The notes beneath the pieces were generated by a model that was not told the DNA's origin, made no database searches, and was given only the letters and a program-made list of their open reading frames with translations. Source: Meyerozyma guilliermondii (Eukaryota). From it: 49,439 bases of DNA. Made by a program: the position numbers and the translations under genes. This document shows, piece by piece, positions 40,201 through 49,439 of this stretch; position 1 is the stretch's first letter; each line of letters starts with the position of its first letter. Location: positions 2,046,001 through 2,095,439 of the forward strand of contig CP128815.1 in assembly GCA_051546255.1 (NCBI GenBank). The letters are read 5' to 3'.

Positions 40201-42545
40201 GAGGCAGCAGATGAGGCAGCAGATGAGGCAGCAGATGAGGCAGCAGATGAGGCAGCAGATGAAGCAACGCTCGATGAAGGAGCAGCACTAGATGAAGCAG
40301 GACTCGAAGAAACTGGAGCACTCGAAGAAGCAGCACTAGACGAACTTGGTGCGTTAGATGAAGCTTGACCAGATGAAACAGGAGCACTCGAGGAAGCAAC
40401 ACTTGAGGAAGCAACACTTGATGAAGCTGGCACACTTGAAGATGCTTGACTAGAAGATGTCGCACCAGACGAAGCAGCACTAGATGAAGCTGGTACACTC
40501 GAAGAGGCAGCGCTTGAAGATGCTGGGGCACTAGACGAAGCAGCATTGGAGGAAGCAGCACTGGAGGAAGCAGCATTCGAAGAGGCTTGACTCGATGAAG
40601 CAGCGCTAGAAGATGCTGGAGCACTAGAAGATGCTTGACTAGAAGAAGCAGCACTAGATGAAGCTGGTGCAGATGAAGATGCTGGAGCACTGGATGAAAC
40701 AGGGACGCTAGATGAGGCAGCACTGGATGATACTGGAGCACTAGAAGAAGCCGGAGCACTTGATGAAGCTGGAGCACTGGATGATGCGTTACTTGAAGCA
40801 GCGCTTGAAGCAGCGGCACTAGACGATGCCGGAGCACTTGAAGAGGCAGCACTTGAAGAAGCAGGACCAGACGAAGCAGCACTTGAAGGAGTAGCACTTG
40901 AAGAAACTGCACTAGATGAAGCTGGAGCACTGGATGAAGCTTGACTAGAAGAAACTGCACTAGATGAAGCAGAATTGGATGAAACTGGAGCACTAGAAGA
41001 TGCTTCACTTGAAGCAGCACTAGATGAAGCAGCACTGGAAGAAGCAGCACTCGAGGAGGCTGGAACACTAGATGAAGCAGCACCGGAAGAAGCAGCACTC
41101 GAGGAAGCGGCACTAGATGATGCTGGTGCACTTGAAGATCCTTGACTAGAAAGAGCAGCACTTGATGAAGCTGGAGCGCTAGATGAAGCAGCACTGGATG
41201 AAGCTGGAGCACTTGAAGAAGCTGGAGCACTGGATGAAGCAGCACTAGACGATGCTGGAGCACTAGAAGAAGCTTGACTAGAAGAAACTGCACTTGATGA
41301 AGCTGGAGCACTGGATGAAGCAGCACTGGATGAAGCAGCAGCACTCGAGGAAGCAGCACTGGATGAAGCAGCACTCGAGGAAGCAGCACTGGATGAAGCA
41401 GCACTTGAAGAAACTGCACTAGACGAAGCTGGAGCACTCGAGGAAGCAGCACTTGAGGAGGCAGCACTTGAGGAGGCAGCACTTGAAGAAGCACTGGATG
41501 AAACAGCACTAGAAGAAGCCGCTACTGATGAGGAAGTTTCATCGATTCCGGGTGGTGTTGGTAAAGGAGCACAAGCCATACATGCGGTTGGTTGGTTAGC
41601 ACCAGCTGGTACAGGTCCATTATATCTTATTCCACCATTGATAACAGTGGTAAGTATTCCTCCGAAATCAGTGGTGAACTTTTGAAAGTTGTTGCTGTTG
41701 TAACCTTTTCCAATATCAAAGCTGAAGGAAAAGATGAGTGTGGTGTACAATTTCAAGATACCAGTAGATGACGAGTACAGGAAACTGAAGATAGGAAGAC
41801 TGAGTCCCAAAGTGTTACCATTACCGAAACCAGCAATCTTGAAAGTCTGACTGAATGAAAGTGCTTCCACTCTCATACTGGAAGATGGACTACTCAAGTA
41901 GAATGTCTGATTAGGATCAACACTCAAAAGTGAATTTTGGATCCAAACGTTACTGTTTTCACCAATGTCAAAACAACCGCTTCCTTTGATGGCAGTGGTT
42001 TGATCATAAACTTCATTCCGCAAGCAAATTGTACCGGCATTATTAATTGTTCCACCAATTGAACCAAGGGTAACGAAACCACTGGACAATACTCTCTGTT
42101 GAAACACAATGAGACCGTTGTTGTTCCAGTTAAGCGAAGTGATCGACATTTGAGGAGTACCAACACTACCATCACCAGCGAGCCACATGTTTCCGTTGTT
42201 TGTGAAACGAAGACCAACAAGGTTGTAGTTTGGAGCAAGAAGGGACCGAGAAGAATCAAGGGAGATATCACCGTTGTTGGTGATACTATTAAGAACACCC
42301 AATAATTCCACCGTCAACCCAATCAAGTTGGAGTTACTACTTATGAAAAGTTGACCATCAACTTGAAGACTTCCCAAGAAGTTGGTGATAGCATTGTTAA
42401 TGATAGACCAGTATACACCGGGGTTAACCGTCGTTGTTCCAACGAATGCCGCTAAGGTTCCACGAGTTGTGGTATCCAGAGAGATGGTTATAGCGAAGGC
42501 TGAAGTAACCAGCAAAGCAGCTGTGACAAGCGATTGTAACCGCAT
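37293..42545 (-). CDS. Hyr1/Iff-family GPI-anchored cell-wall adhesin (1750 aa)
   Basis: Signal peptide; Hyphal_reg_CWP-like N-domain (NNGNMWL, WNNNGLI, INNAGTICL, IKGSGCF, GFGNGNTL); Ser/Ala stalk; Cys/Thr repeats; flocculin-t3 motif (TITSCSNGKC…YTTYCPL); hydrophobic GPI tail. Confidence 0.93.
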   Translation of the reverse strand: MRLQSLVTAALLVTSAFAITISLDTTTRGTLAAFVGTTTVNPGVYWSIINNAITNFLGSLQVDGQLFISSNSNLIGLTVELLGVLNSITNNGDISLDSSRSLLAPNYNLVGLRFTNNGNMWLAGDGSVGTPQMSITSLNWNNNGLIVFQQRVLSSGFVTLGSIGGTINNAGTICLRNEVYDQTTAIKGSGCFDIGENSNVWIQNSLLSVDPNQTFYLSSPSSSMRVEALSFSQTFKIAGFGNGNTLGLSLPIFSFLYSSSTGILKLYTTLIFSFSFDIGKGYNSNNFQKFTTDFGGILTTVINGGIRYNGPVPAGANQPTACMACAPLPTPPGIDETSSSVAASSSAVSSSASSSAASSSAASSSAASSSAPASSSAVSSSAASSSAASSSAASSSAASSSAAASSSAASSSAPASSSAVSSSQASSSAPASSSAASSSAPASSSAPASSSAASSSAPASSSAALSSQGSSSAPASSSAASSSAASSGAASSSVPASSSAASSSAASSSAASSEASSSAPVSSNSASSSAVSSSQASSSAPASSSAVSSSATPSSAASSGPASSSAASSSAPASSSAAASSAASSNASSSAPASSSAPASSSAPVSSSAASSSVPVSSSAPASSSAPASSSAASSSQASSSAPASSSAASSSQASSNAASSSAASSNAASSSAPASSSAASSSVPASSSAASSGATSSSQASSSVPASSSVASSSVASSSAPVSSGQASSNAPSSSSAASSSAPVSSSPASSSAAPSSSVASSAASSAASSAASSAASSAASSAASSAASSAASSVASSAASSAASSAASSAASSAASSAASSSAPASSSGASSSDPASSSAPASSNAASSSQASSTGPASSAASSNAASSSAASSNAPASSGAASSSASASSGASSSSPASSGAVSSSQAFSSQASSSAPASLSAPISSSAASSGAASSSGSASSSQVSSSGPASSSAPGSSSAAPSTGPASSGAASSSGPASSSAPASSGQVSSTGPVSSSVASSSNPTSSSQASSGQCVGCTEFPTTFVTTNSAGKTETDTGKVVITTDTTGHLTTYTTDIGPICPQCTLFPTTFVTTNSAGNTETDTGNVIVTTDTTGHLTTYTTDIGPVCPQCTEFPTTFVTTNSAGKTETDTGKVIVTTDTTGHLTTYTTDIGPVCPQCTLFPTTFVTTNSAGKTETDTGNVIVTTDTTGHLTTYTTDIGPVCPQCTLFPTTFVTTNSNGKTETDTGNVIVTTDTTGHLTTYTTDIGPVCPQCTLFPTTFVTTNSAGKTETDTGNVIVTTDTTGHLTTYTTDIGPVCPQCTLFPTTFVTTNSAGNTETDTGNVIVTTDTTGHLTTYTTDIGPVCPQCTDFPTTYVTTNSNGQTETDTGKVIVTTDGSGHLTTYTTSTGPVCPQCTEFPTTYVTTNSDGKTETDNGKVIVTTDGSGHLTTYTTSTGPVCPQCTEFPTTYVTTNSDGKTETDTGKVIVTTDGSGHLTTYTTSTGPVCPKCTKVPTTFVTTKTDGSVSTETGNVIVTTDSAGHLTTYTTDLGPLCTACTEYTTVVPEGTGSVTSKVIVTTTKGITVTTTVPCDTAETAKAKTVSDISTTIVTITSCSNGKCTANEVTTGVTTVTKPRYTYTTYCPLPETESPAKESPASENPAKAGTSPASVPSAPASPSSPGGSQPSESNPATVAGTARPTGSVTNQPNQPNQQNSQNSQISVTPSGAQSSPTVAAQVHASATGGAATIQPFSFAIASALFIGILF
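37935..39485 (-). repeat. 11 tandem 141-bp (47-aa) Hyr1-type repeats
   Basis: Unit CPQCTLFPTTFVTTNSAGKTETDTGNVIVTTDTTGHLTTYTTDIGPV counted 11 times. Confidence 0.92.
39490..41530 (-). repeat. Ser/Ala low-complexity coding repeats (15/18-bp units; purer 12-bp AASS array at ~40078-40265)
   Basis: ASSSA/PASSSA units; (GCAGCAGATGAG)n on the + strand. Confidence 0.92.
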
Positions 42546-42992
42546 TTGCCTTTCTTCGAATAAAACTGGGATTTGTCTACGATTATTACCGTGGTATATA
42601 TACCCCCATGCGATGTGCTCGCCTCGTGGATTAATACGAGGCGGGTGGTGTCAATTTACGAAGTGTCAGCTCATAGGTATACCAAGTGCTATTTTAGGCG
42701 GCAGGACGCATAAATTTGATAGCGCTGTGCATGTCTGGCAGGAGGAGCCGTTACGTTGCAAATGTGTGGGGCCCTTTGAACTTTCCCTCACTTGATGTGT
42801 GAGTCCTTTGAGACTGAGCCAGCTAACTGTGATTTCAATCAGTTCAACATCGTCTCTTAATTGCGTTGTATTCAAACTTTCCGTCATGTCAATTCCATCT
42901 TTTGGGATCAAATTATGCTTTTGGCGTGCGTAATACATGCACGAACCGGGCACAAACCGCGCATAAACCGGATATAAATCGCGCATAAAACT

Positions 42993-43074
42993 GTGCATGA
43001 ACCGTGCATGAAACCGTGCATGATGTAATTATATATCCGCGGTGCATGAGAAAAGAGGCTTCAAATATGCATGC
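42993..43074. promoter_or_regulatory. Cluster of RTGCATG motifs (Efg1-type) upstream of the adhesin
   Basis: GTGCATGA at 42993, 43004, 43016 and 43042; ATGCATGC at 43067. Confidence 0.55.
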
Positions 43075-46000
43075 GACCGTATTTTATTCCCTAGAAGTTC
43101 GCTTATTCGCCTTCACTACCTTGATGTGTGATATTGTGATCTATGATTACTGCTACATTTCGTATTGAAGAAGTATGCTCAAAATATCTACGTTTATTGT
43201 GAATCTCACTGGGCTCAACGAATTCTCGGCTGCATAAGTTTTCCAGAACATTTTTCTTTCGCTGCAGCATCTGCATTGGTAGGCTGTACGGCACGCTGTG
43301 TTTCATGCAAGAAGCGGTGTTGGGCATGAATCCCGCCCACTGGCGCGGTTGCTTCGCCATCGAATTTACGAGCATGAACCATCTCGAAAAGTAATATTCT
43401 TGGCCAAATGCTACTTTTTCGTGGCTTAACTGATCGTATTTGCCCCAGTTCCATGCAAAGTGGTTAATTGTGATGATCGTCGGCGCCAAGATGCGTAGAA
43501 GCCATCGTGCATGTGAAGATTTAACCTTTTGAGCCGCACAAGCTGCAGAGAGCTCCATTGTTGTAACCAGAATGTTGCATTTTAATGCCATGCTGCCCAT
43601 GATTTCTGCACCTTTTAATGCCTCTCGGAATCATGCCGATTGCACTTTACGGTGTGGCTTGATGCGCCAAGTGGATTCTTTGCATGTGGGCGGGCGTTCT
43701 GCCGAAACGGGCAATAATTCGATGCACTTCGGTAATCGGCAATTTGCGATCAAATAAGGCGGTGCCGACGAAATAGAACATTTGGGCTGCGGGGAAATTC
43801 AATTTTCCAGTCTGCAAGTTTCGTTTTCTCGTTTCGTACCGATATGTTCGGTCTAGATGAGCTTTGACGCACCGATTCTTATTATCTTGACCGATTTAAC
43901 CCCGCATGCATAAGATTTTCCAGATCGCGATTTGTGGAAAATAGTGAACAATCAGTCGGTTAACCAAGGTTGCAGAGACAATGGGGGTGAAAATTTCCAA
44001 TACGAGTTACCTTCAACTACGTTGGTCAGAACTTTTATGCCTAGATCTAGAGCTGTGATAATTGCGTGATTTTCGACGACTAGTCTCAGCCATCGGTTCG
44101 ATTCTGTCAACGTACGTCAACCTTGCTTCTACGGCTGAGGCGGATTCTTGCATGTGGCGAAGGGGATCGGGTGGCTTGGAAATCAATACCACGCTATGTT
44201 ACTTTGGGATCAAAATCGTACCATAGTGACGTTTACGACGACGCAACTACGGCGTTGCTTTCGGAGATGCTAGTGGAACGGATGGTATCCAAACATTTCC
44301 AAAAATTTGGACTTTTCAAATTTTTCAAATAGATTTTGGAAACCTCGCTATGAGTAAAATGTCATTGAAGTTGGTCATTTTTCACACTGCGCCATGAAAA
44401 CTTGATATTTTTGCTCTCTGGGTACTGGTCTAGAGATGGTGGATTATAGGAGTGGTGAGCGATTGAGTTAAGTAATTGCTGCAACTATTTTTGTTACCTG
44501 AAATTTTTACTCTGGCCTTTTTTGATGAAATTGAAAGATAATGCTGACGAAAAGGACTCTGGGATAACGAGATGGTTCATCAACTGTTTATGTGGCGCAA
44601 ACTTAGTAAGTGGTCAGTGTAACATTACTTCCAAAGGCTTCCCTTTGAATCTTCGATGCCCCATACTCAGAATTGAAGCATCCTATATCAATGTGGATTT
44701 TCAATGAAGAGCCTTCTCCACTACTACAGACCAATTTAGACTGTACAACTGTGAGTTTCATCTAGTTGACTTTGGCACTAACCACCATACGCTGAGAAAC
44801 AAATGAGATTTGACAAGTTGATCTTCGAAAGTCTTTCGTTCTTTCTAGTTGATCAATGCTTGGACCTTCATCAATTTTACTCCATGGTTCCACTAGACTT
44901 TAATTTGCAACCTCAAGTCGACTTTTTCTCAGTAGATATTGATGAAAGATTTCAATAGTCATTGATCGAGGATTGCAATTATCATGTGCATGTCCAGTTT
45001 CTGGCAAGCTAATGGAGGATTTGGGGCTTGTATGCAACGCAATTTAAATTTCCATTAGCCACAAACTTCACACTTATTAGCGTTATACAGTTACTAAATT
45101 TGGTCTTGAGATGAGCTTTTAGTCATCAAGCGCAACTTGTATTTTTTACCGTTCAATCTCAAATTTGCCGATATGCAACACTTTTTCGCGCAACACTATC
45201 CGCATAATGGCTAAACTGCATTACTTAATTTTGCACCCAATGAATAACCGCATAACCTGACTCAAGATAATCCATAAAATGAGTGGAAGCAACTCAAGAT
45301 CTAAGCTAGTAGTTATCACGCATACTTCATAATCTCCTCAGATGCTAAAGATCAGTCTGATTTATTATTTGCATGCTTCAAGGAAAGTATCGCTTGTGGA
45401 ATTTTCAGTTGGGTGCAGGTCAGAAAGGTAGTAGATGAAGGGTCAAATATTAGGAGAAACCTTCACTTAAAGTAAACAAAGTCTAGTAGTTGTTATCACA
45501 CAGCTCAAGAAATTTTTAACTAGACATGTTTCATTGTTGTATTAAGTATTGTATCAATTGGTTTACTTTGCATTTTGGCAAAAATTTGCAACTTTGCCAA
45601 AATTTGTAATTTTGAATTGTGATTTCACCAGTTAGCGTACTTTAGATTCTTATTCATTACTAACTGTTTTCAGAAGCTATGTGCTTAATAAACCTATACT
45701 CAATTTATTATCATAAGACGGATCTACACAGTTAAGAAAACTAGTTTCAGGTTTGTAACGACACCATCTTGAAGATCTACTAATGCTAATTTGTATTTAA
45801 CTTATTATAATATGCATACCAAACTGAATATAATGGGGATCCCTTACCTCTCTTAACTGTACCTTGAGAGGTGTCTTGTTGCTTTGGCATGCCCTCGTGG
45901 GCTCGCAACCATATACAGGGTCCCTAAATTTGACGGGCCTAATCTTCCCTTTTCCAGCTAGAAATAGATTATATATTTCTAAGGTTTCAGGTCATATTTT

Positions 46001-46362
46001 TGTATATACATATCTATGGTATGAGCACCTCTTTTTAAAATCTTTTAAATCAAGATTTCTTGTAGTTTTTTAATCATGCTCTTAATATAGCTTTGTTCTT
46101 GACAAATTTTTGAGAAATCTTTAGCTCCGTTGCGTTGAATATGTGGTTCTCACATTTCAGCACATTCATCAATGAACTGGAAAGTGAAGAAAAGAGTTGC
46201 TGATTTGCACAATTGAACATTTTAACAAAGAAGATGTAAGTGGCTTTTCTTGATTGGGTCGATAATAACCAAAGTCAATTTAACTCTTAAAATTTCAACA
46301 TTATGAAAGCAAAAGATTACAAAAACCAAATTAAATCATAAGAAATTCAACACTCAATGTCT

Positions 46363-46446
46363 TGTTCCTTCCCCAGCTTCGTCTTATCACATTGTTAAAT
46401 GTGAAATTTGCAGCCACTATCCTGCACAATTCGCCGCATGCGAACT
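46363..46446 (+). repeat. Direct repeat copy 1 (5' flank of the LRR gene)
   Basis: TTCCCCAGCT…ACATTG.TAAATGTG.AATTTGCAGCCA..ATCCTGCACA…CACAATTC.CCGCATGCGAACT shared with 48775-48863. Confidence 0.88.
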
Positions 46447-46473
46447 CAAAAGTTAAAATCAAACTCAAGGCTA

Positions 46474-48636
46474 ATGACTCTCGCTGACTTACCGCGTGAA
46501 TTACTCACGTGTTGTTTTTCTTACTTGAACACAGAACTCTCACGGATACAATACTATTGGAGAACATTCCTGATAATATTCTTGAAGCAGCAGCAAACAA
46601 TCTCAACCTATGGTATGCAAACAAACTTCGAGACATCAAAGAAAATGAATTATTAAAGACCACTATAAAACCAGTTTCGACCAGTACCACGATAAAGTTT
46701 CTCACGACCGGTACCACTTTGAAACCGACTTCAATCGGTTTGTAAAGATACACAAAATTCTCGAAAAGAAGTCTACCAGGCGTCCTCTGTGGTTCCATTA
46801 TAGATGGGAAAACACTTTCAAAATGCGTCGAAATCTCAAAGAAATCAACTCAGTTTACAATGGTAAAGAATTGAACATAAGCGCTGACCTCAGAGACATG
46901 CCGTCTTCCATTGTTCGTTTTTTCTCAGACCATGATTTGAATCTCAAAATCACTTGCCTCTCATTGTGGAATTGTGAACCTATACCTTTGAATGAATTCC
47001 CGAAATTGGAAACTTTTTATGGCGGTAATTGCGAAATAATCGTCGACCATACCCACCCCAGCTTGAAAACCATGGTTCTCCAAAATGTGCCTTTCAGCAC
47101 ATTACCAGTTGATTTGGAAAGGTTGGTAGCAAGAAATTGCCACATAAGTATGGAGGAGAACCATCCGCAACTAGAAGGTCTACGGGTTTTGGATTTACAG
47201 AATACCCTGGTGGTCGCTCATTTCTACTCCAAAAACTCTGGAACAAAGACTTGGAAACTTTTTCGTATACTGAAGGTATCGATTATAAGAATGGAGACAG
47301 ACGTTTGGTTGAAGTTATAAATGTGGATGAAGTGATCTCCTTTCTTGGCCCCAAAGTGATAAATTTTGGATTCTCTAGTTCATCGTTTTCTAGGATTCCT
47401 ACACTGTTACGCTCTTTGTACTCCAACCATGTGAGAAGAGATTCGCCTGAGAATCGTATTAGCATGTACGATTGGACCGCTTTTACTCATTTGACTTCCC
47501 TCACAATTTTTCTGTTACCAACTAGAATCGACACTTTGGAATTATCACCCAATTTGCTCAAACTTTCGATTACGTGTGCTCGGTTTGATGACATCAACAG
47601 AATCAGTTTTCCTCCAGGAATAGTTGACCTCGAGCTAGATTCTTGTGGCATAACTCTGACAGCCAGTTGGCTAAAACCAGCCCGATTGAAGCGACTTTCA
47701 CTTGCTAGCAATGATCTTTCATCTTTCAATGACTCTCTTCCTTGCTGTGAATACTTGAACTTATTTTCCAATCCTTCTTTAAAGAAACTTGAGATTGAAG
47801 CTCCCGTTCTTGAGCATATCAACTTGAGCTATGCTGAATTCACTTCAATTCCGAAACTTCCAGATAGTCTTCAAGTGCTTATAATCAACACGTTCAACCT
47901 AACACTCTCCCATGAGTATGAATTGCCTTCTAGTTTAAAGGTTTTGGATCTCTCGGATTCTACAGTGTTAATACTTCAAGACTACACTTTCACTCCATCA
48001 ATAGAAGAACTCAACCTCGGCCAAATAGAATTGTTAAAAATGAGTGGAGTCAAATTTGCCCAAGGGTCAAGATTGAAAGAATTGATATTGAGCAATACTT
48101 GTTTAACTACAATGGACGAGGAAGATTTAATTACTTATGAGGACAGATTGGAAGAGTATGATATAACTACTCTCGACGACGGAATTATTGAACTCCCTCC
48201 AGGCTTGAAGGCACTAAAGTTGCAAGGCATGAACTTGCAAAACATAGATGATTTCACCATTCCACAATCAGTTACAATTCTAGACTTGGGAGAAAGCGAT
48301 TTGAAATCATTTGAAGTCAAGTCTCATATTGAGACACTTTATCTCAATGATAATCCAATACGAGACAACTTTGAGGTACGTGAGGATCTGGAGCTAAGAG
48401 TTCTTGATCTTGAAGGTGTTGGAATTAGAATGTTTTCGTTTGAAATGGTTAAAGCTGAAAAACTCGCACAACTACGTCTAGGTGCTGAGCTTGAAGTGAT
48501 TGATCTTTTGAGTATGCCAGCCAATTTTCAGATTCTAGAACATCATGATGGTGGAAATTGTACATTGAAAGAACCCGATACGGGCCAATCATACATCTAC
48601 GGACCTCTTATGGCTAGGATTAGCCTTCGATATTAG
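46474..48636 (+). pseudogene. F-box/leucine-rich-repeat gene broken by about three frameshifts (or assembly indels)
   Basis: MTLADLPRELLTCCFSYL is an F-box-like start. Coding sense passes through the ORFs at 46474, 46509, 46649-47320 and 47137-48636. Many LPxxLxxLxL repeats. Confidence 0.8.
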
Positions 48637-48774
48637 GGCTGCCATGGCTGTATAGTTAAGTGTGATGAGGAAGATAATGCGAATTTTATAGATTTTTCAA
48701 AATTGTAACATTATACAAACATGAAAATTTATTGTAACAATGAACCATATGATGAACCTCAATGCCCAATACTC

Positions 48775-48863
48775 TGTTTCTTCCCCAGCTCTCTTTTAAC
48801 ATTGGTAAATGTGGAATTTGCAGCCATGATCCTGCACACATCACAATTCTCCGCATGCGAACT
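48775..48863 (+). repeat. Direct repeat copy 2 (orphan LRR-gene 5' flank)
   Basis: Aligns by eye with 46363-46446, with small indels. Confidence 0.88.
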
Positions 48864-49026
48864 TCTGATCGAACTTCAAGATGCACGGTTATTTGACAAA
48901 TTTTATCCAAGTGGTTGAATCTGTCTGAGGCCTGATGCTTTAATGGAATCAAGGGTGCATAATAATATGCATGGAAGGACCGGAAGTCAGAAGAGATACG
49001 CTATCTCCGACGCGGAAGCGCAATTG

Positions 49027-49438
49027 ACTGGTGTACTGGTGTACTGGTGTACTGGTGTACTGGTGTACTGGTGTACTGGTGTACTGGTGTACTGGTGTAC
49101 TGGTGTACTGGTGTACTGGTGTACTGGTGTACTGGTGTACTGGTGTACTGGTGTACTGGTGTACTGGTGTACTGGTGTACTGGTGTACTGGTGTACTGGT
49201 GTACTGGTGTACTGGTGTACTGGTGTACTGGTGTACTGGTGTACTGGTGTACTGGTGTACTGGTGTACTGGTGTACTGGTGTACTGGTGTACTGGTGTAC
49301 TGGTGTACTGGTGTACTGGTGTACTGGTGTACTGGTGTACTGGTGTACTGGTGTACTGGTGTACTGGTGTACTGGTGTACTGGTGTACTGGTGTACTGGT
49401 GTACTGGTGTACTGGTGTACTGGTGTACTGGTGTACTG
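49027..49438 (+). repeat. Telomere, (ACTGGTGT)n, 51.5 perfect copies
   Basis: Homogeneous 8-bp G-rich repeat running to the end of the sequence; the unit matches that reported for Meyerozyma (Candida) guilliermondii. Confidence 0.98.
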
Positions 49439-49439
49439 A

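Noticed and set aside
39773..41509. 578-aa Leu/His-rich ORF and other ORFs overlapping the adhesin
   Set aside because: Alternative-frame and antisense artefacts of the Ser/Ala and Thr repeats.
43103..43600. 165-aa ORF upstream of the adhesin
   Set aside because: No recognisable motif or codon bias; lies in presumed promoter DNA. Cannot be fully excluded.
44095..44104. GGTTCGATTC B-box/T-loop-like sequence
   Set aside because: Flanks do not form a T-stem or cloverleaf, so it is not a tRNA; an isolated TFIIIC site cannot be supported from sequence alone.
45000..46350. Possible solo LTR or transposon remnant in AT-rich subtelomeric DNA
   Set aside because: No TG…CA boundaries with target duplication and no transposase/pol fragments could be identified by eye.
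49047..49439. 130-aa ORF (YWCTGVLV)n
   Set aside because: Translation of the telomeric repeat.

Overview
Right-hand chromosome end of a budding yeast of the CUG-Ser clade. CTG codons sit at conserved Ser positions, and the terminal 8-bp repeat ACTGGTGT matches the one reported for Meyerozyma (Candida) guilliermondii, so a Meyerozyma species is likely. The left half is compact core genome with no evident introns: LPD1, FRS2, a C2H2 factor, FCF2, NUP159, BIK1, a PhzF/YHI9 gene, a CYB2-like gene and a Gpr1-like receptor. It grades into accessory metabolism: a TauD dioxygenase plus arylsulfatase pair with Met31/32-type sites, an acyl-CoA oxidase, a SUR7/PalI protein and an SDR. The subtelomere holds a Hyr1/Iff GPI adhesin, a frameshifted F-box/LRR gene and about 51 telomeric repeats. 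The most striking structure is a ~7.7-kb four-gene block: Zn2Cys6 regulator, Thi7-like NCS1 permease, MATE exporter and signal-peptide-bearing ureohydrolase. Its three promoters share a TTGCGAG(G/C)AA motif followed by AGATCT, plus GATA sites. It is bracketed by two copies of the promoter and first codons of the downstream DUF4336-like gene, and the left copy is dead (TAA at codon 3). This looks like an inserted, self-regulated guanidino-compound utilisation/detoxification cassette. All calls are from visual inspection and recalled family motifs; no searches were run.
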